In this document: piece by piece, positions 16,724 to 24,827 of the stretch
How the letters are laid out: every line of letters begins with the position of its first letter
How positions within the stretch are numbered: position 1 is the stretch's first letter
Virus record (IMG/VR): IMGVR_UViG_3300037440_000402
Location: 1-39,353 of that record
Origin: a virus
Lineage: Duplodnaviria > Caudoviricetes
DNA: 39,353 nucleotides
Reading direction: 5' to 3' (one strand)
The notes under the pieces: model-generated
The model's database searches: none
What the model was told of the DNA's origin: nothing
Seen by the model: the letters and a program-made list of their open reading frames with translations, nothing else
Program-made: the position numbers and the translations under genes

Positions 16724-18843
16724 TGGCTAACCCGTTCAGCCCAAAGGTCGAACTGTTCTACGACTCGACGTGGAACGACATCACCACATACGCGATGGTC
16801 CGCGACGACCAAGGCATGATCAGCGGCAGCCGCGGCAAGCCGAATGAGGCGTCGCAGGTCAACCCGTCCGCCTATCACCTGCTGTTGAACAACCGCGACG
16901 GCCGGTTCTCGCCCCGTAACCCGCTGTCACCCCTGTATGGGAAGATCGGCCGCAACACCCCCATCAGGATCAGCGTCGGCACCGACGTACGGTTCGTGGG
17001 AGAAGTGCCGGCGTGGCCGCAACGGTGGGACACCACCGGAACCGACGTGTGGGTACCGGTGGAGGCGGCGGGCATCATGCGCCGCTTGGGGCAGGGCGCC
17101 AAGCCGCTGCATTCGGCGTTGCGCCGCTCGATTGAACGCGCATCGGACATGGTCGCGTACTGGCCAATGGAGGACGGCAGCGGCGCTACCGCGTTCGCCT
17201 CCCCGATTGTGGGCGTGTCACCGATGCTGTTCTTCGGTGACGTGGACCCCGAAGCGGGAAATCCGGGCGGCTCCGCACCGTTGCCATCATTCGGCCCCGA
17301 TTCTGTTTTCAGCGCAACGGTGCCACCGTTCACGGCTGGTGCTTGGCAGGTCCACTGCGTGGCCCGGATACCTGAGATTCCCGATAGCACGTTTCGTTAT
17401 GTGATCGCCGTCACCACGTCGTCACCGGAGATTTCGCGGATTCGGTTCGGTGTGAGCGACACACAGGTACGCGTCGAGTCGTATGACTCCGACGGCAATA
17501 TCACCGAAGAGAACGTGACCAGCATCTCCGGCCACATTGGGGAATGGCTGATCTTCCGGCTGGCCGCGTTCGGCACGCCTACTTTGCAAATATTCCGGCA
17601 GATCCTCACCGAAGACGACGAGATTCTAGTCAGTAGCCAAATCGGGTGGCTGGCAGGCGTGACGGCCGGACGCGTCAAATCGGTGATCGGTGGCCCTATG
17701 GCGTCCACCCCCGATTCCCGGCTGATCGGGCACATGACCGTCCAGAGCGCTGTCGGCGCGGCCTTGAACCCGGCCGAAGAAGGTGCCACCAACGGGTACG
17801 TCGGTGAGACCGCCGGCAACAGGATCGAGAGGCTATGCGGCGAAGAGGGCGTGGCGTTCACCTCGACCGGGGACCTGGACGACACCGCGGCGATGGGTCC
17901 TCAGCCCGCCAGCTCGTTCTTGGCAGCCGTGCAGGAGTGCGCCGACGCGGATTTGGGTGTGCTGTACGAGTCACGGGCATCGCTGGGGCTGGCCTACCGG
18001 ACGCGTGTCGACCTTTACAACCAGACCGCAGCGCTCGAACTGGATTACACAGATGGTGTGTTCGCAGCCATCCCCGAACCGGTCGACGATGACCAGGCCG
18101 TCCGTAACGATGTGACCGTAAAACGGCCGGACGGATCGCAGGCGCGGGCCGTGCTCGAGACCGGGGCGCTTTCGATCCAGGCCCCGCCGGATGGGGTCGG
18201 CACCTACGACACCACCGAAGAGGTCAACGTCGTCGGCGACGGGTTCCTAGCGGACCAGGCCGCGTGGCGGCTCGCGCTCGGCACGGTGGATGAGCCCCGT
18301 TTCCCCCGACTGCCGATCCACATCCATAATCCGATCGTCGCCGACGACGCCACCCTCAAGGCCGCCGTGATCGCCGCCGATCTGGGCGACCGGATCAACG
18401 TGACCAACATGCCGACATGGGTCAGCCACGACACCATGGACCTGCTGGTGCTCGCTGTCGCGGAGAGCTTCAACGGGTTCCTGTGGTTCGTTGACCTGGT
18501 GTGCGCGCCGTATTCGCCGTATCTGGTAGCAGAGTACGAGAGCGCGGAGGGTGGGAACTACCGGTACGACACGGCCGGGTCGTCACTGGCCGCGCAGTTC
18601 GTGGCCGGCACGGACACGTCTATGTCGGTTGACGTGGACATCGGGCCGCTGTGGACCACCGACGGGGACGAGGTGCCCTTCGACATCGAGTGCGGTGGGG
18701 TGCGGCTCACCGTCACCGCCATCAGTGGCGCCAGCTCCCCGCAGACGTTCACGATCACCGCCACGCCCGTAAACGGCGTAGTGAAGACCATCCCCGCGGG
18801 CACCGCGGTTTCGTTGTGGACCAAAGCCCGCGTAGCGCTCTAG
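16723..18843 (+). CDS. Large tail-tip/baseplate protein with LamG/ConA-like insert
   Basis: WNDIT...LNNRDGRFSP N-terminus, AYWPMEDGSG LamG-like start, RNDVTV, DLGDRI; follows tape measure. Confidence 0.75.
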   Translation: MANPFSPKVELFYDSTWNDITTYAMVRDDQGMISGSRGKPNEASQVNPSAYHLLLNNRDGRFSPRNPLSPLYGKIGRNTPIRISVGTDVRFVGEVPAWPQRWDTTGTDVWVPVEAAGIMRRLGQGAKPLHSALRRSIERASDMVAYWPMEDGSGATAFASPIVGVSPMLFFGDVDPEAGNPGGSAPLPSFGPDSVFSATVPPFTAGAWQVHCVARIPEIPDSTFRYVIAVTTSSPEISRIRFGVSDTQVRVESYDSDGNITEENVTSISGHIGEWLIFRLAAFGTPTLQIFRQILTEDDEILVSSQIGWLAGVTAGRVKSVIGGPMASTPDSRLIGHMTVQSAVGAALNPAEEGATNGYVGETAGNRIERLCGEEGVAFTSTGDLDDTAAMGPQPASSFLAAVQECADADLGVLYESRASLGLAYRTRVDLYNQTAALELDYTDGVFAAIPEPVDDDQAVRNDVTVKRPDGSQARAVLETGALSIQAPPDGVGTYDTTEEVNVVGDGFLADQAAWRLALGTVDEPRFPRLPIHIHNPIVADDATLKAAVIAADLGDRINVTNMPTWVSHDTMDLLVLAVAESFNGFLWFVDLVCAPYSPYLVAEYESAEGGNYRYDTAGSSLAAQFVAGTDTSMSVDVDIGPLWTTDGDEVPFDIECGGVRLTVTAISGASSPQTFTITATPVNGVVKTIPAGTAVSLWTKARVAL

Positions 18844-18852
18844 GAGGACCCG

Positions 18853-19293
18853 ATGCCAGCCGCTGGAGAGACCATCATCGCCGGTAAAATCCCCGGTGAG
18901 CGGGTCGCCACTTCGACCGAGTCCGCCGACTCGGCGAATGTCACAACCACCGAAACCACGGTGCAGTCCGTCACCGCGGCTTTGGTGTCCGGCCGCACTT
19001 ACCGGGTCCGGTGGGCAGGCCGGCTGTCCTCCTCGGTGGCCACCGACACGTTCGTCGGGCGCATCCGCGAGGACAATGCCACCGGCACCGAATTGGCATC
19101 ATGGCAGACCGACTCGAACCTTCCGGCCACGCTCGGCCTCGCGGGCGTCATCGAAGCCGAATACACCGCCGGGGCGACCGCCAACAAGACATTCGTGCTG
19201 GCCATCGTCCGATCCGCTGGCAGCGGCAACGGCCGACTGGAAGCTGCGGCGACCCGCCCGGCTTATCTCTACGTGGACTACATCAGCGGCTGA
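18853..19293 (+). CDS. Minor tail protein
   Basis: aggagg RBS; beta-rich, GRTYRV; last gene of late operon. Confidence 0.65.
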   Translation: MPAAGETIIAGKIPGERVATSTESADSANVTTTETTVQSVTAALVSGRTYRVRWAGRLSSSVATDTFVGRIREDNATGTELASWQTDSNLPATLGLAGVIEAEYTAGATANKTFVLAIVRSAGSGNGRLEAAATRPAYLYVDYISG

Positions 19294-19436
19294 TCGGGTG
19301 CGTCGTCGTGGGTGGCGTCCAGTTCTTCAAGATTGGGTAACCGGGCCTCGAGCAGCTGGCCCCACTCGCCGCGGAACTCGACCAGCAACAGCGCGCAAGC
19401 CGTATCGACCAGGTCACCGCGCTCGGTGTCAGTCAT
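19278..19436 (-). CDS. Hypothetical protein
   Basis: 52 aa, ATGA-coupled to 19433-19720. Confidence 0.45.
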   Translation of the reverse strand: MTDTERGDLVDTACALLLVEFRGEWGQLLEARLPNLEELDATHDDAPDQPLM

Positions 19437-19720
19437 CGCCCCACCCTGAACCTTCCCGCCGCCAGCTCCAACTCGGCGGTCATCCGCATCGCATCCTCCC
19501 AGAACAACGCGACGCTCTCCTGCGCCAGCGTGCGCGGATTGATGATCGTCAACGCGGGCTGCGCAGCAAACTCGTCGAACCCGAACACGATCAACTGAAC
19601 GGTGCGGCCCTGCCGCAACCCCGGCACCTCGCCGTGCGCCGTCACCAACACCTGCTCGTGCCTGCCGTGGGGCTTGCCCACCTGACACCACGACACTGAA
19701 CACTGCTCTCTATACTCCAT
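19433..19720 (-). CDS. Hypothetical protein
   Basis: 95 aa with CSVSWC...H motif; gaaggga RBS. Confidence 0.6.
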   Translation of the reverse strand: MEYREQCSVSWCQVGKPHGRHEQVLVTAHGEVPGLRQGRTVQLIVFGFDEFAAQPALTIINPRTLAQESVALFWEDAMRMTAELELAAGRFRVGR

Positions 19721-19757
19721 CTGCGGCCATCCCTTCTAGAGTTGTGTGGCCGTAAGT

Positions 19758-19784
19758 CCGCCCCGCTCTCACCAAGCGGGGCGG
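19758..19784. terminator. Hairpin, probable terminator
   Basis: ccgccccgct / agcggggcgg 10-bp stem. Confidence 0.55.
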
Positions 19785-19787
19785 GCG

Positions 19788-20126
19788 CTATTTGCTTGTC
19801 ACAGACCGTTCCCGGTCGTACTGCACCGCCGCCATCTGCGTGGCCAGCCGCGCATCCAAATGCTCGCGGGTGCCGTCCCACTCGTGCGCCACCCACCACT
19901 GCAGGCGGCGCAGCGACATGGCCCGGCCCTCCAGCCAGCCGTCACGCCACGGGGACGGCGCCAGCCACAACCATGCAGCCACCCGGTCCCGCAGCAACTC
20001 GATCTCGTCCGCCGCCTCGGCCACCACATCCGGTGAGTCCACATCCATGCGGTACTCGCGCAGCCGGGTCACCAGGTCACGGTCGTGGGTCGGGTCGAGC
20101 TCCTCGAGGTTTCGATCGTCGGTCAT
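19788..20126 (-). CDS. Hypothetical protein
   Basis: gaggag RBS; DLVTRLR...EAADEIELLR motif common in phage early genes. Confidence 0.65.
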   Translation of the reverse strand: MTDDRNLEELDPTHDRDLVTRLREYRMDVDSPDVVAEAADEIELLRDRVAAWLWLAPSPWRDGWLEGRAMSLRRLQWWVAHEWDGTREHLDARLATQMAAVQYDRERSVTSK

Positions 20127-20134
20127 GACACTCC

Positions 20135-20824
20135 TCACTGCCCGTAGATGTTGTTGACCGTGCGCCGGTCCGCCGTCGACAAGTACGAGATCCACTTGCA
20201 CTCGGTGATCTGCGACATCACCGACCCGCACGTGTCCCACCGGTGGTCCAACCCCACCGCATGCCCGATCTCGTGGGTGGCGATGTGATCCCACCCCCAC
20301 GAGCCGTACGAGTAGGACCGGTTCAGCACCACCACGCGGTAGCGGTAGTTCACCTTCGTCCACCCGCCGGCGATCGTCTGCCGCCAGTTCGCGCACTCCA
20401 GATTGATCCCTGCTGGCGGGTCGCAGTAGCGGCCCCGGTGGCGATGCTTGCCCACCCAGCCGGTCTTGCCGTAGTAGCCGTCGATTACGATGATCCGCTG
20501 GTCGTACTTGGTGGCGTAGCCGACGCACGAGCCAGTGCCGCGCTTGTAGTACACCCGCAGCACTGTGTTGGCGTTGTAGTCTGCCGCCGCGTTTCTGACT
20601 GCGCCCTGCAACGTTGACGAGCGGGTGCGGTCCTCCACGCACAGATGGGTTCCGTAGAACCGCTGCCCGAGATAGTTCGGGTCGGACACGGTGTCGTCGG
20701 CGCGGGCCGCCTGTGCCCCGGCCAGCGCGAGCGCGGCGAGGAATGCCAGCGCGGCGGCGCCGGCCAGCAGGCGGCGCGGCAGCGGGTTGCGGGTGGCGGC
20801 GTAACGGCCGCGGGTCGTGGTCAT
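20135..20824 (-). CDS. Secreted zinc metalloprotease (metzincin/matrixin-like)
   Basis: HEIGHAVGLDH zinc motif, SVM Met-turn, RR-containing signal peptide ending AARA. Confidence 0.88.
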   Translation of the reverse strand: MTTTRGRYAATRNPLPRRLLAGAAALAFLAALALAGAQAARADDTVSDPNYLGQRFYGTHLCVEDRTRSSTLQGAVRNAAADYNANTVLRVYYKRGTGSCVGYATKYDQRIIVIDGYYGKTGWVGKHRHRGRYCDPPAGINLECANWRQTIAGGWTKVNYRYRVVVLNRSYSYGSWGWDHIATHEIGHAVGLDHRWDTCGSVMSQITECKWISYLSTADRRTVNNIYGQ

Positions 20825-21213
20825 GATGACTCCACCGGCTGGATGGTGTTGGCCACCGCCCGCATAGTGAAAATGATCGTTCGTAGCCGCTCGGCATCAT
20901 GGGGTCGGAAGTTGCGCCATTCATCGGACCAATCCCACTCGTTTTCGTTGTGCGTGCAGCCCTTGTTTGGTTCGCCTTGAACTTCGGGTAGACATGGGCA
21001 ACCGAGTGATCCGGGCAGGAGTAGGACATGTCCAGCGGCGCATTCAACTCGCCAATGTTGGGTGTGCGCCCACTCGGATGACAGTGGGGGTAGCGCATTG
21101 GTCTCCGCATCCGTATCGAGATCGTCCGGGCTGAGGCTGGCGGCTAGCTCCCAAGTGATGAACAGTGCTTCGCTGCAGTCTGGGAATGAGCACACGACGT
21201 CGTACTCGCTCAT
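20821..21213 (-). CDS. Cys-rich hypothetical protein
   Basis: 130 aa, ATGA-coupled at both ends; lower-GC codon usage. Confidence 0.6.
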   Translation of the reverse strand: MSEYDVVCSFPDCSEALFITWELAASLSPDDLDTDAETNALPPLSSEWAHTQHWRVECAAGHVLLLPGSLGCPCLPEVQGEPNKGCTHNENEWDWSDEWRNFRPHDAERLRTIIFTMRAVANTIQPVESS

Positions 21214-21521
21214 GCCCCCGCCCCCAGCAGCAGCGGCAGCACGACGAACAGCGCGAACGTGTCCGCGCCGACGTAGCCGAGCACCAGCCCGGCCACCGCC
21301 ATGCCCTTGCCGGACTGGTTGCTGTGCTTGATCTGGTCCAGTGCGATGTGGCCGAACAGGATCGCCAGCGTCGAGCCGAGCCAGAACAGCCACAGGATGC
21401 CGAGCACGAGCGCGGCGACGGCCAGGCCGTTGGTGGGCTGGTGAAAGAACGGGGGCGGTGACTGGTAGGTGTACGGCTGGTACGCGGTCTCGGGTGCCTC
21501 GTACGGGTCGTTGGTGCTCAT
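21210..21521 (-). CDS. DUF4190-type membrane protein
   Basis: TNGLAVAALVLGI...GHIALDQIK...GKGMAVAGLVLGY signature; Pro/Tyr-rich N-terminus. Confidence 0.85.
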   Translation of the reverse strand: MSTNDPYEAPETAYQPYTYQSPPPFFHQPTNGLAVAALVLGILWLFWLGSTLAILFGHIALDQIKHSNQSGKGMAVAGLVLGYVGADTFALFVVLPLLLGAGA

Positions 21522-21557
21522 GGTGTACCCCTTCTGTTGCGTACCCCTACGATTTGG

Positions 21558-21594
21558 CCTGCCGGCGGGCCGGGGTACGGATCCCGCCGGCAGG
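21558..21594 (-). terminator. Hairpin immediately after integrase stop (terminator or regulatory pseudoknot)
   Basis: cctgccggcggg / cccgccggcagg perfect 12-bp stem, 13-nt loop. Confidence 0.65.
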
Positions 21595-21597
21595 GGT

Positions 21598-22509
21598 CTA
21601 CATCTGGTCGACGATCCGCCGCAGCGCGTCACCGGGCAGCTGGGCATACCCGGCCGAGGTGTCGAGCTTCGCGTGACCGGCCAGGGCCGCCACGGTGCGG
21701 ATGTCACCGGAAATCTGGTAGGCGCGGGTCAGGAACGCGTGCCTGAGTGTGTGTGCGGTCCAGTTCGCGCCGAGCGCGTCGCTGGCGATCCGGCCGATGG
21801 TCTCCGGGGCGAGGTGTCCGCGCTGGTTGCCGGGGAAGACGTAGTCGTCGCCGCTTTCGTACTTACCTAGTGCGCCGGCCAGCTTGCCGTTGAGCGGGAT
21901 CTCACGGGTCCGCTTGCCCTTCCCGACGATCCGCAACGTATCCACGCCGACGCTCTCCCACCGCAGCGACGCGATCTCAGCACGGCGCAGCCCGGCGTAG
22001 TAGCCGAGCAGCAGCACCAGCCGCGCCCGCGGGTCGGCCCGTTTGGCCGCAACTTCGACCACCTCGGTCGGCACCGGCCGTGGCAGCCCGGACGGAACCG
22101 ACCCGGACGGCAGCCGATCGGCCGGGTTCCGCTTGATGTGCCCGGCCAGGCGGCCCCAGTTGTAGAAGCCGCGCAGGGTGGCCCGGTACACCATCTGCGA
22201 GGACGGCTGCCAGTCGTAGCGGCCGAGCCAGGCGATCAGGTCGGCGCGGGTGAGCTTCCACGGGGAGCGGCGCACGTGGTCTTCGGCGAGGATGCCGAGC
22301 TGGTATTTGCGCTGCCGGATGGTCTGCGCGCTGAGTCCGGCCGCGTGCATCTCGGCGACGTAGCCGCCGATGGCGTGCTGCCAGTCTTGGACGTGTCCGC
22401 GCCCGAACACGTCGCCCCCCTCCGAGATCGCCCCCCCAGGGATCTTCGGGTCAGGGTCGGCACCGTACTCCTGGCCGGAGACTGTTGCGACCGGTTCGGC
22501 GGAAGTCAT
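21598..22509 (-). CDS. int: Tyrosine recombinase/integrase lacking an arm-binding domain (Xer-like)
   Basis: AGLRRAE (R), GKG (K), HTLRH, AGH, TSAGY (Y) catalytic set; start either ATG 22509 (coupled) or GTG 22410 (ggagggg RBS). Confidence 0.93.
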   Translation of the reverse strand: MTSAEPVATVSGQEYGADPDPKIPGGAISEGGDVFGRGHVQDWQHAIGGYVAEMHAAGLSAQTIRQRKYQLGILAEDHVRRSPWKLTRADLIAWLGRYDWQPSSQMVYRATLRGFYNWGRLAGHIKRNPADRLPSGSVPSGLPRPVPTEVVEVAAKRADPRARLVLLLGYYAGLRRAEIASLRWESVGVDTLRIVGKGKRTREIPLNGKLAGALGKYESGDDYVFPGNQRGHLAPETIGRIASDALGANWTAHTLRHAFLTRAYQISGDIRTVAALAGHAKLDTSAGYAQLPGDALRRIVDQM

Positions 22510-23018
22510 GGCGACCACCACAATTGCGGCTCTGTATCGCCGCGCACATACAACGGGTGACGTGGCGCGCCTGCCTTCGTCATGCCCAGGCAATGCACAG
22601 CGGATCGCCGGCTTCCGAGCCCATGAAGCATGATTCGCAGGGCGCTCACTCGTACTGGTTCCGCATTGACGCCCCACGCGGCGATGATCAGGTCGTCGCC
22701 GGTTAGATAGTTGAGTAGATGACGGTCGTTGTCCGGACCAACCGGATCAACCGTTCGCCATAGATCGGTGGGTTTAGTCGCGCGATAGGCATACAGATTG
22801 AGTACGACGATGCCCCCGAGCCCCCACGTTCGTGCGAAGTCCGTGCAACGGCGGATAGTCGGATCGTCCTGCTCGGCATCCGCCGTGGATGGGTTGAGCA
22901 TGATGAACACGGCGCGCGACTTGGTGACATCCCAACGGCGATGAAGAGTGTAGCGATATCGGCCGCAGGTGGAGATTTTGGCCATCTTAAGGACATCGTC
23001 GGGCTGGCGGTTGTTCAT
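22506..23018 (-). CDS. DUF1643-family protein
   Basis: CGRYRYTL.R.W, FIMLNPSTAD, DDPTIRRC, NLYAYRATKP, AAWG, PRHPLY signature. Confidence 0.85.
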   Translation of the reverse strand: MNNRQPDDVLKMAKISTCGRYRYTLHRRWDVTKSRAVFIMLNPSTADAEQDDPTIRRCTDFARTWGLGGIVVLNLYAYRATKPTDLWRTVDPVGPDNDRHLLNYLTGDDLIIAAWGVNAEPVRVSALRIMLHGLGSRRSAVHCLGMTKAGAPRHPLYVRGDTEPQLWWSP

Positions 23019-23401
23019 GACCGGCGCTCCGTAATCTCGGCTCGGTTGCTCGGCCGGCGCTGGTTGTGGCCGAGGGCTTTGCGCATGGCGGTGATGTCGT
23101 TGCGGACCTCGGTGTAACCCGGCTGTTGATCTCTCATAAGAGCCGTTATATGAGATCCATTAGACCTTCCATTGCCCATAAGCCACGTATAAGGGACGCC
23201 GGTCCTCATCGCCCACAGCTTCACCGCTGATGCCGGCGGCCGGGCGTGTCCGTAGATCCAATTGCTGATCGTATTGCGGTGAACCTCCAGATATTGCGCC
23301 ATCTCAGCGCTGGAGACGTCCGCGTGGTCCAGGCTCTTGCGCAGCCTGTCGGCCAGTGTCCACTGAGGGATGCCTAGGTCCTGCTCCATTGGCTCACTCA
23401 T
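23015..23401 (-). CDS. Immunity repressor, XRE HTH
   Basis: IPQWTLADRLRK...MAQYLEVHRNTISNW...RTGVPYTWL; divergent from Cro-like gene; same strand as int. Confidence 0.88.
   Translation of the reverse strand: MSEPMEQDLGIPQWTLADRLRKSLDHADVSSAEMAQYLEVHRNTISNWIYGHARPPASAVKLWAMRTGVPYTWLMGNGRSNGSHITALMRDQQPGYTEVRNDITAMRKALGHNQRRPSNRAEITERRS
23128..23157. other. Putative attP core, dif/Xer-like recombination site inside the repressor gene
   Basis: gATCTCTCATAA-gagccg-TTATATGAGATc: 11-bp inverted arms (9/11 match) around a 6-bp spacer with ATAA/TTAT inner ends; AT-rich island. Confidence 0.65.
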
Positions 23402-23437
23402 AACCTGAGCATATGCACGGTACCGTGCGCCACGCAA
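23402..23437 (-). promoter_or_regulatory. Leaderless repressor promoter with operator in spacer
   Basis: Minus strand TTGCGT-18-TATGCT-6 nt-ATG; spacer holds perfect palindrome gcacggtaccgtgc (23415-23428). Confidence 0.7.
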
Positions 23438-23465
23438 GAGTTTCAAGGAAACCACGTCCACTATG

Positions 23466-23500
23466 TTGACACGATGCTGTGCATCGCACAAGATAGAGCC
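23466..23500 (+). promoter_or_regulatory. Leaderless early lytic promoter with operator
   Basis: TTGACA-17-CAAGAT-6 nt-GTG; overlaps acacgatgctgtgcat (23469-23484), which resembles the other operator. Confidence 0.7.
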
Positions 23501-23710
23501 GTGACCGAAACTCTGGACCTCATCACCACGACCGAGGCCGCACAGATCCTAGGCGTCGACCGGGCCACAGTCTCGCGTTGGTCCAGCGCCAAGTTGCTGC
23601 CCGAGGCCCGCAAGCTGACACCCGCCGCGCGAATCGGCGGCTATGCCGCGTTCCGCCGCGCCGATGTCGAAGCGCTGCGCGACGAGATGGCCACCAAGGA
23701 GGCGTCGTGA
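23501..23710 (+). CDS. Cro/excisionase-like HTH_17 DNA-binding protein
   Basis: LITTTEAAQILGVDRATVSRW...FRRADVEAL. Confidence 0.85.
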   Translation: MTETLDLITTTEAAQILGVDRATVSRWSSAKLLPEARKLTPAARIGGYAAFRRADVEALRDEMATKEAS

Positions 23711-24702
23711 GGACGCGGCAGCAACTCCCCGAAGAGGCCGCTAACGCACTCCGTGAGCTACGCCCTCAGACACAGCGTTATGACCCGAGCCGACCCCGGT
23801 TCCACGCCTACGTCGCAAAGTTGTCCGACGCTGGATGGACCAAAGCCGCAATCGGCGACGCGCTCGAGACTCCTTACACGACCGTCACGAATTGGATCGA
23901 CGCGGCGAGGGGTTACGCATTCGATGACCTGCCCGATGCACCACCCGCGCCTGCCCGGCCAGTTTCCCCCAAATCCAAACTGGGCCCAGACGATCCACGA
24001 CACGGCACCTTGAACGCATACACGAACCACAACTGTCGGTGCGACGCGTGCAGGAAAGCCAACGCGGAGTACAACCTTGAGAGCAAGCGGCGGCGGGTGG
24101 CACGCGAAGACAAGCCGCACGGCACCAAAGGCGGCTACTACAACTGGGGCTGCCGTTGCGATGACTGTTCCAGGGCGGTTGGCCACAAGCCCGAACGGAG
24201 AGCGCGCCGCAAGCAGATCCGGGAACAAGTCCGCGACTTGATCCCACAAGGCTTGCCTGCAGTTGAAATCGCGGTCCGCACGGGCGCCTCGGCGAACTAT
24301 GTGCGCAGCCAATTCGCAGAGTTGGGTGTCCAGCCGCCCTCGCCTTGGCAGCAGGAACCAACGCCAGAGTTCACGGCCCTTGCCATGTTCGTCGGCGCTG
24401 AGAATTCCGAGGAGCGCAATCGACTAATCAGAACCGTCCGCCGTCAGGGCTTCACCCTGGATCGGATCGGGGGGCAGATCGGACTCACCCGCGAACGCGT
24501 CCGGCAGATCGTCTACGGGATCACGACGAACCGCGGGCCGACGAGACCGACGAGGGCGCAACTCGCCGCTGAGCGCGACCGGTACCGGCTGGCGTGGCTA
24601 TCCGCTCGCCGCCGCGCGGCCTACAACGGCCTGAAGTACGAGGTCAAATCCGCGCTGCTTCGCACGGTCGAAGCAGCGCACGAGAAAGAGCTCGTGTCAT
24701 GA
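23707..24702 (+). CDS. Multi-domain DNA-binding regulator (three HTH-like segments, two HGT..Y.N..CRC..C Zn motifs)
   Basis: WTKAAIGDALETPYTTV, AVEIAVRTGASANYV, sigma region-4-like TLDRIGGQIGLTRERVRQI. Confidence 0.75.
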   Translation: MRTRQQLPEEAANALRELRPQTQRYDPSRPRFHAYVAKLSDAGWTKAAIGDALETPYTTVTNWIDAARGYAFDDLPDAPPAPARPVSPKSKLGPDDPRHGTLNAYTNHNCRCDACRKANAEYNLESKRRRVAREDKPHGTKGGYYNWGCRCDDCSRAVGHKPERRARRKQIREQVRDLIPQGLPAVEIAVRTGASANYVRSQFAELGVQPPSPWQQEPTPEFTALAMFVGAENSEERNRLIRTVRRQGFTLDRIGGQIGLTRERVRQIVYGITTNRGPTRPTRAQLAAERDRYRLAWLSARRRAAYNGLKYEVKSALLRTVEAAHEKELVS

Positions 24703-24827
24703 GCGGCGATGGCAACAAGCCCAAGCCGCCCATCGACAACGAGCCGCATCCCAAGCCGCCCGTGCCGCTGCGGCCACTACCCCGGCCGCCGGCACCGCCG
24801 CAGAAACCGAAGGGGAAGCAGATATGA
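24699..24827 (+). CDS. Small proline-rich protein
   Basis: ATGA-coupled on both sides. Confidence 0.45.
   Translation: MSGDGNKPKPPIDNEPHPKPPVPLRPLPRPPAPPQKPKGKQI

Noticed and set aside
23128-23145. tRNA-Met anticodon loop (ctcataa) as a tRNA-type attP
   Set aside because: Flanks do not form an anticodon stem and no T-arm (GGTTCGA) lies nearby; the 11-6-11 palindrome fits better
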